From positions 1 to 34,448 of IMG/VR virus record IMGVR_UViG_3300036987_000451: DNA of 34,448 nt. One strand, 5' to 3'. Source of the stretch: a virus (Duplodnaviria; Caudoviricetes). The notes under the pieces are model-generated. The model saw only the letters and a program-made list of their open reading frames with translations, had not been told where the DNA came from and made no database searches. The position numbers were made by a program, and so were the translations under genes. Positions within the stretch are counted from its first letter, which is position 1. Every line of letters begins with the position of its first letter. Shown here piece by piece: positions 1 to 9,241 of the stretch.

Positions 1-41
1 AACTGGGTGTCGATCAGCAGCGCGCAGCGCTCCACCCGATC
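1..41 (-). pseudogene. Host flank, probable 3' continuation of the interrupted lipoprotein gene
   Basis: Lies outside the left TG end. The minus frame DRVERCALLIDTQ has GC-rich third positions, but the frame register with the right flank is unresolved. Confidence 0.45.
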
Positions 42-100
42 TGTAGCCGGCAAGAAGGTATGCGCGAGAAATGGCAACATGGATGCGCGAGGTTTTGGCA
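42..100 (+). repeat. Left end: terminal inverted repeat and transposase-binding-type repeats
   Basis: TGTAGCCGGCAAGAAGGTATGCGCG vs right end reverse complement TGTGACCGGAAGGATGGAATGCGCG (19/25 identical). ATGCGCGAG-N3/4-TGGCA occurs at 60-76 and 83-100. Confidence 0.85.
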
Positions 101-273
101 CAGTCCTTGCGCAGCGATTCGATGCACCAGGACAGGCAATGCGGTCATTGAGGTGCCATTGTGCATCGCACAAACCGCATTAGCTGACTCAAGACACACC
201 AATCGGGTCCAGAGCAATGCCCTGTCCCCGACCGATTCAGCGATCAGTCAATGATCGAACGAATCGATCACGT

Positions 274-846
274 CTAGTCCACTTCACCTCCCATCATCAC
301 GATCACGGACAGTCTCACCTTGCCAGAATCATCCGAGGGCGGCCCATTCGCTGGCGTGCCTGCGATGGCACCAGAGTCGGCGTTGCCGCCGGCGTGAGAT
401 GCAGGCACGGACAGCTCAAGGCCGAACACCCTGCCGACATCAGCACGCATGGAGTACTCAGAGACGTACACTCGCCGGTAATCACCGAGACCAGACACGG
501 TGGCGACAATGATCAGCCTGTCCATGTAGCCTTCGACGGTGTCACCAGCGAGGCGGAATGAGTACAGTCCAGACCCGAGATTGCTGATCGGGTATTCTTC
601 GTGAAACCCGACGCCGGCGAGCAGTTCGAGAGCGCCTTCTGCCAGCTTGAAATATCCATTGGCGACCACGGGGAAGGCCAGGGCAGGCACTAGCGCATCC
701 ACCCGTTCCTTCAGCCACTTGGTTCGGCTCGCGAGCTGGCGAGCCTGGACGTTGCTCACGCCATTGGCGCCACCCTCGACCGGATCGGTCGTCTCGAGCT
801 GATAGATTCCTGCCTCATAAGTCGCTGACTCAGTGACGTGGGCCAT
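274..846 (-). CDS. Short tail fibre protein (190 aa)
   Basis: N-terminus E..YEAGIYQLETTDPVEGG..G.SN.QA.QLA.RT.WLK is typical of tail-fibre anchors. Last gene of the tail operon. Confidence 0.75.
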   Translation of the reverse strand: MAHVTESATYEAGIYQLETTDPVEGGANGVSNVQARQLASRTKWLKERVDALVPALAFPVVANGYFKLAEGALELLAGVGFHEEYPISNLGSGLYSFRLAGDTVEGYMDRLIIVATVSGLGDYRRVYVSEYSMRADVGRVFGLELSVPASHAGGNADSGAIAGTPANGPPSDDSGKVRLSVIVMMGGEVD

Positions 847-855
847 GGGTCCCTC

Positions 856-1293
856 TCACAGGTAAATCGACCACGTCCCCTGGAGCGTGGTCTCGTTGTC
901 CTTGGGGATGCCGGCGTGCACCTTGCGTGCGAACAGGGTCCCATCGGCACTGAGCAGGCCGAACTCACGGATGATGATCCCGTTGCTTTCGCCAGCGCTG
1001 ATCGACCAGTGGAAGTCGACCCGCTTGCCTTCCTGCGGCGAGCTGTAGCTGTAGCTTGCCAAAGACTTCGACCACTGATTGGTCAGAGCTTCGTCTTCAG
1101 GATCCGGCCCATCACCGTGGGTGCCGATGGCGATGTGGGTCAGGTGCCGATCAGCACCGTCACCGGCGATCAGCTTGAGAATGGCGTCCTTCCCCAGCTC
1201 TACGATCATGTTCGGATCTTCATACTGCGTGACGATTCCACGCCTGCAGATGTTGACCTTGAAATGGCCACGAAGCATCACATGATCGTTCAT
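856..1293 (-). CDS. Tail-collar/baseplate-fibre attachment protein (145 aa)
   Basis: Motifs IAIGT and IREFGLLSADGTLFARKV. ATG at 1293 overlaps the gpI-like stop (ATGA). Confidence 0.75.
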   Translation of the reverse strand: MNDHVMLRGHFKVNICRRGIVTQYEDPNMIVELGKDAILKLIAGDGADRHLTHIAIGTHGDGPDPEDEALTNQWSKSLASYSYSSPQEGKRVDFHWSISAGESNGIIIREFGLLSADGTLFARKVHAGIPKDNETTLQGTWSIYL

Positions 1294-2006
1294 AGCTCCA
1301 GCTCCTGAGGCACGTCGTCGACCGTGACGGTCAACGCAAGGCTGTCTCTGCGATGGAAATAGTACGTGTCGCCGTTGTATCGACGCCCCGCATTGTGCAC
1401 TGTCCCGCCGGGCACGGGGTCTGCCTGAAGGAAGGCCGGCGTGAGCGCCCAACCCTCGGTGGGAATAATCACCTCCTCCACCTCATGCCGCCATCCGAGG
1501 TCCAGCAGGGAGCAGCGCACGGGGGCCCGGGTGGCGATCAGGGCCCGCACGAGGTCGGCCCCACCCAGCGACTGGTCCTCCGCGCCGCGCCCCCCCCAAG
1601 CCGACAACAGGACACGGAAGCAGGCCCAGCGCGCCCCACCGTGGCGAGCATGGCCATCGTAGGCCTGCTCTGCGTCGTACCGCAGTGGGGGGAAGCGCTC
1701 GAGCAGCGCGTGCACCCGGTACCCGACCTGCTCGAGCACCGCGCGCACCGCCCCGGGGGTGCCGGAGCTGCGATGCAGCTCCAGTGCCTGCGAGACCAGC
1801 CCTCGTCGTGCCGTGTCGTCGGTCGCCAGCCGCCAGCCCTCGAGCCCCATGACGTGCCATTGCCGCGCCAGGGCGACGAGCACGTCCTCGGGCACCTCGG
1901 CGATCCGGTGCACCGCCAGGGCCGTCAAATCGAGCGCGCTCAAGCGTTCGAGCAGCGCGCTCCACCCGAGGCGCCGGACGTCGGGCAAGCCGAGCAGCTC
2001 AGCCAT
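1290..2006 (-). CDS. Baseplate/tail protein, P2 gpI-like (238 aa)
   Basis: LA.QWHV...EGW...R.LV..ALELHR..GTP.AV motif and YD...YDG repeats. Follows gpJ-like gene. Confidence 0.85.
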   Translation of the reverse strand: MAELLGLPDVRRLGWSALLERLSALDLTALAVHRIAEVPEDVLVALARQWHVMGLEGWRLATDDTARRGLVSQALELHRSSGTPGAVRAVLEQVGYRVHALLERFPPLRYDAEQAYDGHARHGGARWACFRVLLSAWGGRGAEDQSLGGADLVRALIATRAPVRCSLLDLGWRHEVEEVIIPTEGWALTPAFLQADPVPGGTVHNAGRRYNGDTYYFHRRDSLALTVTVDDVPQELEL

Positions 2007-3099
2007 CTTCGTGCCCCACGATGGCGACATCGACCGCAGTGCAGAGACCCCACTCGGCCGGGGAGAGGACGCGGGCGGTCGGGCTCACGACGAGGGCACG
2101 GTAGACCCCGGCGATGGTCTGCAGCGCCGCCCCGAGCTGCTCCGGCACCAGGTCCCGTCCCAGCTTGGTCCGCTGCCAGGCGATGAACGCCGCCGCCCTC
2201 GCCGACGCCTCCGTGGCCACGGCCTCATCGTCGGCCGAGGAGTACAGGGTCAGCCGGACGTCGATCTCGTACTCCACCACCTCCGGCGGATGCACCTGCA
2301 CCAGGTCGCACAGGGGCCGCACGCGCTCGGCCGAGCAGGCTGCCGCCACGGCGTCGAGCAGCTCCTGCCCGGGCGCGCCGGTGGCCAGCAGGACGTACAG
2401 GTCGACCACCCCCGGCGCCGAGCTGAGCACGGCGACGTCGGTGATCAGTTGCGAGGCGCCCATCGCATGGTAGCGGTAGGCCCCGGCAGGACCGGCGACG
2501 CTGAGACGCTCCGGGGCGGCGAGGATCCGCTGCCGCAGCCGCTCCACCTCCTCCTCGGGCGCGCCACCGGCAGAGGTGGTGGTGTTGGTCCAGCTCGCCA
2601 CTCCGGGAAGCGGTTCCATCGGCGTGATGATGTCGCCCGGGATGTAGCCGTTGCCCACCACCCCCACGGCCTCGCATTCCGCCGTGGCGGCCCCGCTGAG
2701 CTGACCCGGGAGGATGGTGAGGGGGTCCAGCGTCCTGAAGACGGCACGGCCATCCTTGGACCGCACGCGGGCACCGGCACCGATGACCCGGGGCTGGGCC
2801 GACGACTGAACGAGGGTGGCCTCCAGGGTCGTACGCGCTGCGGCCGGGGGCAGGGGCACGACTCCGAGCAGCCGCCCCAGCTCGACCAGCGCCGGCCGGC
2901 GCGCATACGCGACCAAGTTTTGGCTGGCTGCGTCCTGGATCGCCAAGCGCACCAGGGTCTCCCGGTAGGCCCAGCGGCGGATCAACACCCGTTCGGGTTG
3001 GGCCGGTGCCAGGGGGCGACCCGTCGCCGCCTCGTACTCGGCCAGGAGCTCCCGCTCGATGACCTGCGGATCGCGCTCGATGAAATCGGGCGGGGTCAT
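1999..3099 (-). CDS. Baseplate wedge protein, P2 gpJ/Mu gp47-like (366 aa)
   Basis: SVAGPAGAYRYHA and VRPLCDLVQV motifs. ATG at 3099 overlaps the gpW-like stop. Confidence 0.92.
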   Translation of the reverse strand: MTPPDFIERDPQVIERELLAEYEAATGRPLAPAQPERVLIRRWAYRETLVRLAIQDAASQNLVAYARRPALVELGRLLGVVPLPPAAARTTLEATLVQSSAQPRVIGAGARVRSKDGRAVFRTLDPLTILPGQLSGAATAECEAVGVVGNGYIPGDIITPMEPLPGVASWTNTTTSAGGAPEEEVERLRQRILAAPERLSVAGPAGAYRYHAMGASQLITDVAVLSSAPGVVDLYVLLATGAPGQELLDAVAAACSAERVRPLCDLVQVHPPEVVEYEIDVRLTLYSSADDEAVATEASARAAAFIAWQRTKLGRDLVPEQLGAALQTIAGVYRALVVSPTARVLSPAEWGLCTAVDVAIVGHEDG

Positions 3100-3452
3100 C
3101 GCACCTCCAGGCTGCGGGTCTCTCCTCCCGCGACGGGCTGCCAGTCCAGCCGAATGGTGAGCCGACCCGGGGCGCGCTCCGTGACCACGGCGATCACCGC
3201 CACCCGCGGCTCCCACTGCTTCACGGCGTCGGTGATCTCCGCGAGGATCCCCGCCGCAGCGGTGGGGCCCGGTGCGTCCAGCCAGCGCCAGACGTCCGCA
3301 CCGAACGTCGGTGCGAGCTCCACCGACCCCTTGGGCGTCGCCAACAGCAGCCGCAGGCTCTGCTCGATCTCCGCCACGTCCTCAACCACCTCGCCGTGCT
3401 GGCCCAGGTCCAGCGACCAGGTGGCGGCGGTGAGCGTCTCGACCCGCCTCAC
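3096..3452 (-). CDS. Baseplate protein gpW/gp25 family
   Basis: IEQSLRLLLATPKGS...P.FG...WEPRV motif. Confidence 0.92.
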   Translation of the reverse strand: MRRVETLTAATWSLDLGQHGEVVEDVAEIEQSLRLLLATPKGSVELAPTFGADVWRWLDAPGPTAAAGILAEITDAVKQWEPRVAVIAVVTERAPGRLTIRLDWQPVAGGETRSLEVR

Positions 3453-3757
3453 GACAACACCCCATCGAGCAGCACCGGCACGATCGGCGCCGTGGTCACT
3501 GCAGGACCGCCGGGGGACGCATAGGTCTGCAGCCCCCCCACTGCGATGGTGAGCGTCGCCTCCTGCACCTCGGCGACCACCGCCTCCGCCACGGCAGCGG
3601 CCACGGCGGCCACCAGCTCGCCCACGAGCACCTCGAGCAGGGGCTGGCCGGACACACCCTCCCCGGCAGCGGCCATCCCGGCCTGAATCGCCGACGCGAC
3701 CGCCGCCGCGTCCACCTTGGCCGCAATGTCCGCCCGCAGCCGCTCACTGGAGAGCAT
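3449..3757 (-). CDS. Hypothetical baseplate-associated protein (102 aa)
   Basis: Translationally coupled at both ends between the spike and gpW-like genes. Ala/Val-rich. Confidence 0.65.
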   Translation of the reverse strand: MLSSERLRADIAAKVDAAAVASAIQAGMAAAGEGVSGQPLLEVLVGELVAAVAAAVAEAVVAEVQEATLTIAVGGLQTYASPGGPAVTTAPIVPVLLDGVLS

Positions 3758-4239
3758 CACAGCCCCTTGTGGGCGAGCACGGTGCTGCTCGCCTCGGGGT
3801 GCGCGACGCCGGTCAGCGCGCACACGCACTTCCGCGTGACGACCCCGTCCAGCGCGGCCAGCAACCCCGGACCGGCGAGCTGCAGGGTCGCACCCTGGCC
3901 GATGACGACACGCACATCACCCACACTGGTGATGGTGAGCAGCCCGGCCGTCCGGTCGTAGACCACGGAGGAGCCGTCTTCGAAGACCACCGCGTCTGCC
4001 GCCGGCGGAGTGGCCGCGGCGCGGTAGAGCCCACAGAGCACGAAGCCCTCGTCGGCCCGGTCGTCAACCAGGCAGAGCACCTGCTCGCCCACCTCGGGCG
4101 TCCAGTTCGTCTGGCGCCCCGCGGTCCCTGCCTGACCGACCTGGAGCCAGCCCGAGAGCAGGTCATCCAGTGCCGGGAAGCGCACCCGCGCGGCGCAGCG
4201 AGCGCGGTCGATCTGGTCGACGACGCCGACGCTATGCAC
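3757..4239 (-). CDS. Baseplate spike, P2 gpV-like (160 aa)
   Basis: ARVRFP...SGWL, P.VGEQV.CL and FEDG..V.YDR motifs. GTG start overlaps the gpD-like stop. Confidence 0.88.
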   Translation of the reverse strand: MHSVGVVDQIDRARCAARVRFPALDDLLSGWLQVGQAGTAGRQTNWTPEVGEQVLCLVDDRADEGFVLCGLYRAAATPPAADAVVFEDGSSVVYDRTAGLLTITSVGDVRVVIGQGATLQLAGPGLLAALDGVVTRKCVCALTGVAHPEASSTVLAHKGL

Positions 4240-5215
4240 GACGCACCTCGCAGCTCGTGCGGTACCCCGCGCCACGGCTCACGCTGTGGCGGGAGCTCTG
4301 GACGGTGTAGGTGCCGTCGAGTCGGCCCAGCCCCAGCAGACCCAGCCGCACGCCGGCGACGACCCGGGCATCACCGGGGAACTCCACGCTGCCCTCGACG
4401 CGACGTCGGCTCGCACCGGCCAGCGCGGCCACCGCCAGCGCCTCGGCCTGCGCCGGGGACTCGGCGCGCACCTCCAGCCGCAGCGCATCGGGGGCGCCCG
4501 CCTCGCCGGCGGCGACGTGGCGACGCAGCTCGCCGCTGTGCGGGTCCTGGTAGCGGACCTCGGCGGCCTGGTAGGCCGTGCGGCTCTGATCGCGCAGGGA
4601 GTAGTTGAGCAGGTCGCTGCGACGCAGCACCAACACCTCGGCGGACGCCTCCAGCGCCTCCAGCCGGTGGAACACCAACTGGCGCCCGCGCACGCTGAAG
4701 CAATGACCGTAGGCCGCGGCCACCCGCCCGAGGAAAGCCAGGTCCGTCTCCCGGAGCTGCGTCAGGCGGCCCACCTCGATGTCGGCGACCTCGCCGACGA
4801 TCACGAGGTCGAGTGCCCGCGCCACGTCCTCGACGATCGCACGCAGCGTGGTCGCCTCCCGCGCCCGGCTGCGGGTGGTGCGCGCAGCCTTGGTCACCCC
4901 GGTGGCCAGCGCCCGCAGGTGGACCTGATCGGGCGGCCCGGACAGCTCCACCTCGTCGACCTGGAAGATCCCGCAGTCTCGCAACCCACGGTCTTCGTGG
5001 CCCAATGACAACTCGATCTGGTCCCCCTTCTGGGGATACCACGCTGACCGCCACCGACCGTCGGCGTCCTCGAGCACGACCTCCACCTGGTCCGATTCTC
5101 CGTGCAGGTGGTCCACGTATGAGACGGAGAGCGCGTAGGGGGTGACGTGGGCGGTGATGTCCCGGCCGGCGTAGACCAGCCGGAACAGCGGGCGGGGGAC
5201 GCTCAGCGCTTCCAT
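4232..5215 (-). CDS. Baseplate hub / late control protein D-like
   Basis: SYVDHLHGESD, F.VDEVELSGPPD and Q..ETDLAFL motifs. Confidence 0.92.
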   Translation of the reverse strand: MEALSVPRPLFRLVYAGRDITAHVTPYALSVSYVDHLHGESDQVEVVLEDADGRWRSAWYPQKGDQIELSLGHEDRGLRDCGIFQVDEVELSGPPDQVHLRALATGVTKAARTTRSRAREATTLRAIVEDVARALDLVIVGEVADIEVGRLTQLRETDLAFLGRVAAAYGHCFSVRGRQLVFHRLEALEASAEVLVLRRSDLLNYSLRDQSRTAYQAAEVRYQDPHSGELRRHVAAGEAGAPDALRLEVRAESPAQAEALAVAALAGASRRRVEGSVEFPGDARVVAGVRLGLLGLGRLDGTYTVQSSRHSVSRGAGYRTSCEVRRA

Positions 5216-5415
5216 GGCGGGGCTCCCATCACGGTCTCGGGGGCCCGGGGCAGCTCGGGGACGACCAACGACAGCCCACCGGACAGGACCGGGGACGGCG
5301 TTACCTCCGGGTTGGCCTCGACGAGCGCGCCGAAGGCGTACGCGTCGCCGTAGAAGCGGTGCGCCAACAGGTCCCAGCGGTCACCGGCCTGCGTCACGTA
5401 GCGCCGCACGGCCAT
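5203..5415 (-). CDS. Tail protein X (LysM-like)
   Basis: Y.T..GDRWD.LA.RFYG...ANP...L..P...PPWKR. Confidence 0.92.
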   Translation of the reverse strand: MAVRRYVTQAGDRWDLLAHRFYGDAYAFGALVEANPEVTPSPVLSGGLSLVVPELPRAPETVMGAPPWKR

Positions 5416-6008
5416 CAGTCCACCTCCGGCAGGGGCGGGGGCTCCGCGCCGAACAGCGCGTCCCAGAGCGCATCTGCCCCCGGCGGGGTGGGATCCGGCG
5501 GCAGGAACGATTGGGGGTACAGCTCCTCGTCGCCCCAGTGGTCATCGACGGACTGGCACGGCTCGCCCTCGGCGGGCAGCGCGCCGCGGGCACGGCCTGC
5601 GGCACGGCGGGCCTGCAACTGGACGACCAACAGCGGGTCGGGCGGGACGTACTCACGCAGCGTCAGCCGCACGTCGACCCACTCCACGGCGCCGTCCTCG
5701 CGGAGATGACGGTGGGTCTCGACGAGCCCTGTGAGCACGAACGTCCCCACCTGCTCATCGGCGACCGCCAGGGGCAACGCGGTGTGTGCCTCGCCCAGCT
5801 CGCGCAGTGCCGCGCAGGTCGCCTCGGGGTCGCCGAAGGCACGATGCAGCGTCAGCTCCAGCGTGCGCTCCTCGAGGTTGCTGGCCAACCATTGCAGTCG
5901 GGGCTTGCCCTCGATGACCCGGTGTTCCTCGTACTCCCAGCCAGACTGGCGCTCGGAGCCGGCCAGGGAGGCGCCAAACCGGATGTCACCGAGGCGCACG
6001 GGGACCAT
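5415..6008 (-). CDS. Tail tube initiator, P2 gpU-like, with Pro/acidic C-terminal extension
   Basis: LGDI.F, EH.VIEGKPRLQW and LTLREY motifs. Follows tape measure gene. Confidence 0.85.
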   Translation of the reverse strand: MVPVRLGDIRFGASLAGSERQSGWEYEEHRVIEGKPRLQWLASNLEERTLELTLHRAFGDPEATCAALRELGEAHTALPLAVADEQVGTFVLTGLVETHRHLREDGAVEWVDVRLTLREYVPPDPLLVVQLQARRAAGRARGALPAEGEPCQSVDDHWGDEELYPQSFLPPDPTPPGADALWDALFGAEPPPLPEVD

Positions 6009-8305
6009 CAGTACCTCCCTCGATCACGCTTGGCCTGTGCGGCCTCCAGCGCCCGCAGCAGCCAGTCCGCGTGCTCCTGCAGCAGCCGACGGAGGGATGC
6101 CTCGTCGCCGCCACCGGAGAGCTGCAGCACCGGCGCGTAGCTGATGGTGATGGGCGCGCTCCCCCGGCCGCCGCGGCCGCCCGAGGCGCCGGGCCCCCCC
6201 ACCGCAGCGCCCACCGCCCGCTGCATCCCGTGCACCAGGGGCTCCGGTCGCACGGCGGCGGCGATCGTCTCCACCAGCCGGACGCGATGGAGGTCCGCCA
6301 GGGGGCCCTCCTTTGCCGGCGAGTAGGGCAGCAGCCGGCGGACGCGGGCGACGACGGCCTTCATCGCGTCCACGGGCAGGTGGGCGGCACGACGGATCCC
6401 TTGGGCCACCTGACGCACGAGGTGATAGCCGGCCGCGACGAAGGATGGCCCGGCGAAGAAGAGGAACCGGATCAGCCGGGCGACGGTGACCCCAACGAGC
6501 AGCACCGCCTGCACGAACCGCCAGGCATTGACCAGCGCACGGCCGAACAGGTGGCCGGCGACCTGACCTGCTGCGCGGAGGATGCCGCCCAGCGGGAAGA
6601 CGCGGCCAGTCAAGCGTTGGAGCCAGGCGCCGATCATCACGACGAAGCGCTGCACCAATCCGACCCAGCGCAGCACCTCGGCGCCGACGACGCGCAACAT
6701 GGGCAGGATGGGCTCCAGTGCGATCGCAAACCCCTCCCAGAGTCCGGACAGGAATTGGGAAAGCGGCCCCCAGGCCTTGTACGCCAGGATCGGCACGATG
6801 AAGAAGGTGTACCAGACCAGCTTGGCGAGCCCGCCCAGCAGCCCGATCATCGGACCGAACGTGCGGCCGAGACTGGCGCCCATCCCCACGAGCGACTTGT
6901 CACCGTCATTCACAGGCGTGAACAGCCGGCGGAGGATCTGCAAGTAGACCCGGGCCGGCCAGACGATGTCCCGCAGCCCCTGGACGATCGCCTTCCGACT
7001 CGCCGAAGACTCCATGCCGGTCCAGAAGCCGCTGAAGAAGCCCTTCAGGGGCCGCCAGTAGCGCCACACCAACAGCCCGCCGGCAGCGAGCGCGAGCGCG
7101 GCCCAGCCGAGGGGCGAGGCGATCAGTGCAGGACCGATGCGCGTCAACAACGTGCCGACGGAGGCCAGGCTGGTGCGCAGCGCAGGGAGCGCCTCGGCGA
7201 GGTTGCCGACGCCACCCGCGGCCTGGAGCAGCCCCCCGCCGAGCTGCGCCAGGGGAGAGAGCAGCCGGGGCACCGTCACCAACCCGACGCCGGCGAGCAG
7301 CGCGCGCAGCGGCCCGAGCCGTTCGAGCAGCGGCCAGATCATCGGCACCGCCTGGCGCAACCAGCGCACGAGCTGCACCAGCCCCCGCACGAGATCGTCG
7401 ATCCCGCGCACGAAGAAGCGCCCCACGGACTCGGCCCACCGCTGCAACTGGCCCGACGCAGACAGCCGATCGAGGACGCGCAGCACCTCCTGCAGCCGCG
7501 CCTTGAGCCGCTCGAAGGGGCCGGACTTCATCACGAGCACGGCGAAGCGGGTCAACTGGTCCAGCACGTTCGACAGCACGCCGGTCCAGGTGCGGGAGAG
7601 GCGGTCCATTGACCCCCCGTACCGCTCGCTCATGATGCCCATCAGGGCCCGCTGGATCGCCGCCCGATCCCCGGCCATGACCCGCACGGTGCGCTGCAGC
7701 CCGGCGCGGTCGGTGAACTCGTAGGCGATCGTGCCGGCCCCCTTGCTGGCGCGGATGCCGAACTCCTTGAGCCGCTCGTTCTCGCCCGTGACCGCATCCG
7801 CCATCGCCTCGACGGCCGCGGTGAGATCCTTGCCCATGGCCGCGGAGGTGTCGCCCAGGGCGGCCAACAACCCACCGGTGGGGTCCAGGCCATAGGCACG
7901 CAGCTTGACGAACGCGTCGGTGACCTGCGCCAGTTCATAGGGAGTCTTGGATGCGAAGTCCCCGACCCACGCCATCGCGCGGCCAGCGGCAGCGGCCGAC
8001 CCCTCCGTGGTCTGCAGGATCGTCTCGAACCGCTCGAACTGCGCCGCGGGCGTCAGGAAGGCACGGCCGAAGCCATAGCCGGCCGCTGCGCCCAGTGCCG
8101 ACACGACCATCAGGGCGCGGCCGGCCTCCGCCCCGAGGGCGGCGGCGCCGGCCGTCACGCGATCGAGGCTCGCACGCAGGTTCAGGGAGCGATCGGCCTC
8201 CGCTGCGGCGCCGCGTACCTTGCCCACCTGCTGCTGCAGCTCTCGCAGGGGTGCCGTCGCCCGGTTCACCATCCCCACGAGCAGTTGCAGATTCAGGTCA
8301 GCCAT
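6008..8305 (-). CDS. Tape measure protein (765 aa)
   Basis: FA.KTPYEL..VT.AF..LRAYG domain, hydrophobic Ala/Gly/Leu repeats, C-terminal SPAKEGPL. Position after the chaperone genes. Confidence 0.92.
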   Translation of the reverse strand: MADLNLQLLVGMVNRATAPLRELQQQVGKVRGAAAEADRSLNLRASLDRVTAGAAALGAEAGRALMVVSALGAAAGYGFGRAFLTPAAQFERFETILQTTEGSAAAAGRAMAWVGDFASKTPYELAQVTDAFVKLRAYGLDPTGGLLAALGDTSAAMGKDLTAAVEAMADAVTGENERLKEFGIRASKGAGTIAYEFTDRAGLQRTVRVMAGDRAAIQRALMGIMSERYGGSMDRLSRTWTGVLSNVLDQLTRFAVLVMKSGPFERLKARLQEVLRVLDRLSASGQLQRWAESVGRFFVRGIDDLVRGLVQLVRWLRQAVPMIWPLLERLGPLRALLAGVGLVTVPRLLSPLAQLGGGLLQAAGGVGNLAEALPALRTSLASVGTLLTRIGPALIASPLGWAALALAAGGLLVWRYWRPLKGFFSGFWTGMESSASRKAIVQGLRDIVWPARVYLQILRRLFTPVNDGDKSLVGMGASLGRTFGPMIGLLGGLAKLVWYTFFIVPILAYKAWGPLSQFLSGLWEGFAIALEPILPMLRVVGAEVLRWVGLVQRFVVMIGAWLQRLTGRVFPLGGILRAAGQVAGHLFGRALVNAWRFVQAVLLVGVTVARLIRFLFFAGPSFVAAGYHLVRQVAQGIRRAAHLPVDAMKAVVARVRRLLPYSPAKEGPLADLHRVRLVETIAAAVRPEPLVHGMQRAVGAAVGGPGASGGRGGRGSAPITISYAPVLQLSGGGDEASLRRLLQEHADWLLRALEAAQAKRDRGRY

Positions 8306-8492
8306 CGTCCCGGGTCGCCTCCTGCTCCCGTTGCAGCTGCAACTGGAGCTGCTCCGTCCACCAATTCAACTGGACCGGCGTGAGATCGAGCACGAACCCG
8401 ATGTCCAGCCGTCCGTGACGGGTCAGCGAGAGGACGGCTTGTCCGACAGCGCCGCCAGGTGCGAGGTCAGACACTCGCACAGCCCGAAAAAA
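8298..8492 (-). CDS. Tail assembly chaperone -1 frameshift extension (gpE'/GT-like)
   Basis: -1 frame opens at slippery T TTT TTC (8492-8486) and reads ...LDLTPVQLNWW... to a stop overlapping the tape measure start. Confidence 0.7.
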   Translation of the reverse strand, partial: FFRAVRVSDLAPGGAVGQAVLSLTRHGRLDIGFVLDLTPVQLNWWTEQLQLQLQREQEATRDDG

Positions 8493-8701
8493 TCACGGGG
8501 GTCGAGCTCCTGGATGTCCTCCGGAGGCAGAGTGGCGCCGTCGAACTGGCACACCAGGGACATCAGGGCGACGATGTAGCCCAACCCTTCGACCTTGCCG
8601 GACTGCTGCTCCGCCTGCACGAGGTCGCGGACCGTCACGGGCCGGACGGTCACGACCTGGTAGGTGCGCGAGGACTTGGTTGGCGCCAGCTCGATTCTCA
8701 T
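8423..8701 (-). CDS. Tail assembly chaperone (Mu gp41/P2 gpE-like, 92 aa)
   Basis: R..TVRD and EDI.ELD..DF motifs. GGAGG RBS before ATG 8701. Lies between tube and tape measure. Confidence 0.85.
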   Translation of the reverse strand: MRIELAPTKSSRTYQVVTVRPVTVRDLVQAEQQSGKVEGLGYIVALMSLVCQFDGATLPPEDIQELDPRDFFGLCECLTSHLAALSDKPSSR

Positions 8702-8715
8702 GGTCCCTCCCTGCT

Positions 8716-9240
8716 TCATCCGCCGATGTGACGACGATAGGTGGCGATCTGATCGACCCCATTGGCCCGGTAGATATTGGCCATCAGGTCGATCTCGATG
8801 ATCTCCTGCCCGCCGATGGTCAGCTTGACGTAGCTGCCCGAGAGCTCCGTCTCGCACTCGACGCTCTCGTGCTGCTTGAACACCCCCATCGGCAGCTTCT
8901 TGAACGTCCCGGTGAGCTGGACCTTCACCGACTGCTCCTCGACCAGTCCGGCGCCGGTGTGGGTCTCCAGCGATCCCCGCACCTGGAGCTGCACGGAGCG
9001 CCGCATCACCGCGGCGCGACGCAGCACCTCGGGATAGAAGCTGGACCACTTGATCTTGGTCTCGAACTTCTCGAAGCCGGCCGGCAGCTCGATGGCACCG
9101 AGCATCCCCAGCCCCTTGTGCTCGACCATCTTGGTCTTGATCTCGGGCAGCGTGATCTCCTCGGCCCGACCCAGGAGCGAATTGCCATCCAGATAGATGT
9201 TGCAATTCGTCAGACGGTTGATCTTGATGGTCTCACCCAT
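8716..9240 (-). CDS. Major tail tube protein (P2 FII-like)
   Basis: N.NIYLDG.SLLGRAEEI.LP and EID..NIYR.NGVD motifs. Confidence 0.93.
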   Translation of the reverse strand: MGETIKINRLTNCNIYLDGNSLLGRAEEITLPEIKTKMVEHKGLGMLGAIELPAGFEKFETKIKWSSFYPEVLRRAAVMRRSVQLQVRGSLETHTGAGLVEEQSVKVQLTGTFKKLPMGVFKQHESVECETELSGSYVKLTIGGQEIIEIDLMANIYRANGVDQIATYRRHIGG

Positions 9241-9241
9241 C

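Noticed and set aside
14-254. ORFs 14..217 (-) and 60..254 (+)
   Set aside because: They overlap the terminal repeats or cross the junction, and lack an RBS or recognisable motifs.
240-305. Cluster of GATC sites near the left end, reminiscent of Dam-controlled Pmom
   Set aside because: GATC is common throughout this window and no downstream gene exists to regulate.
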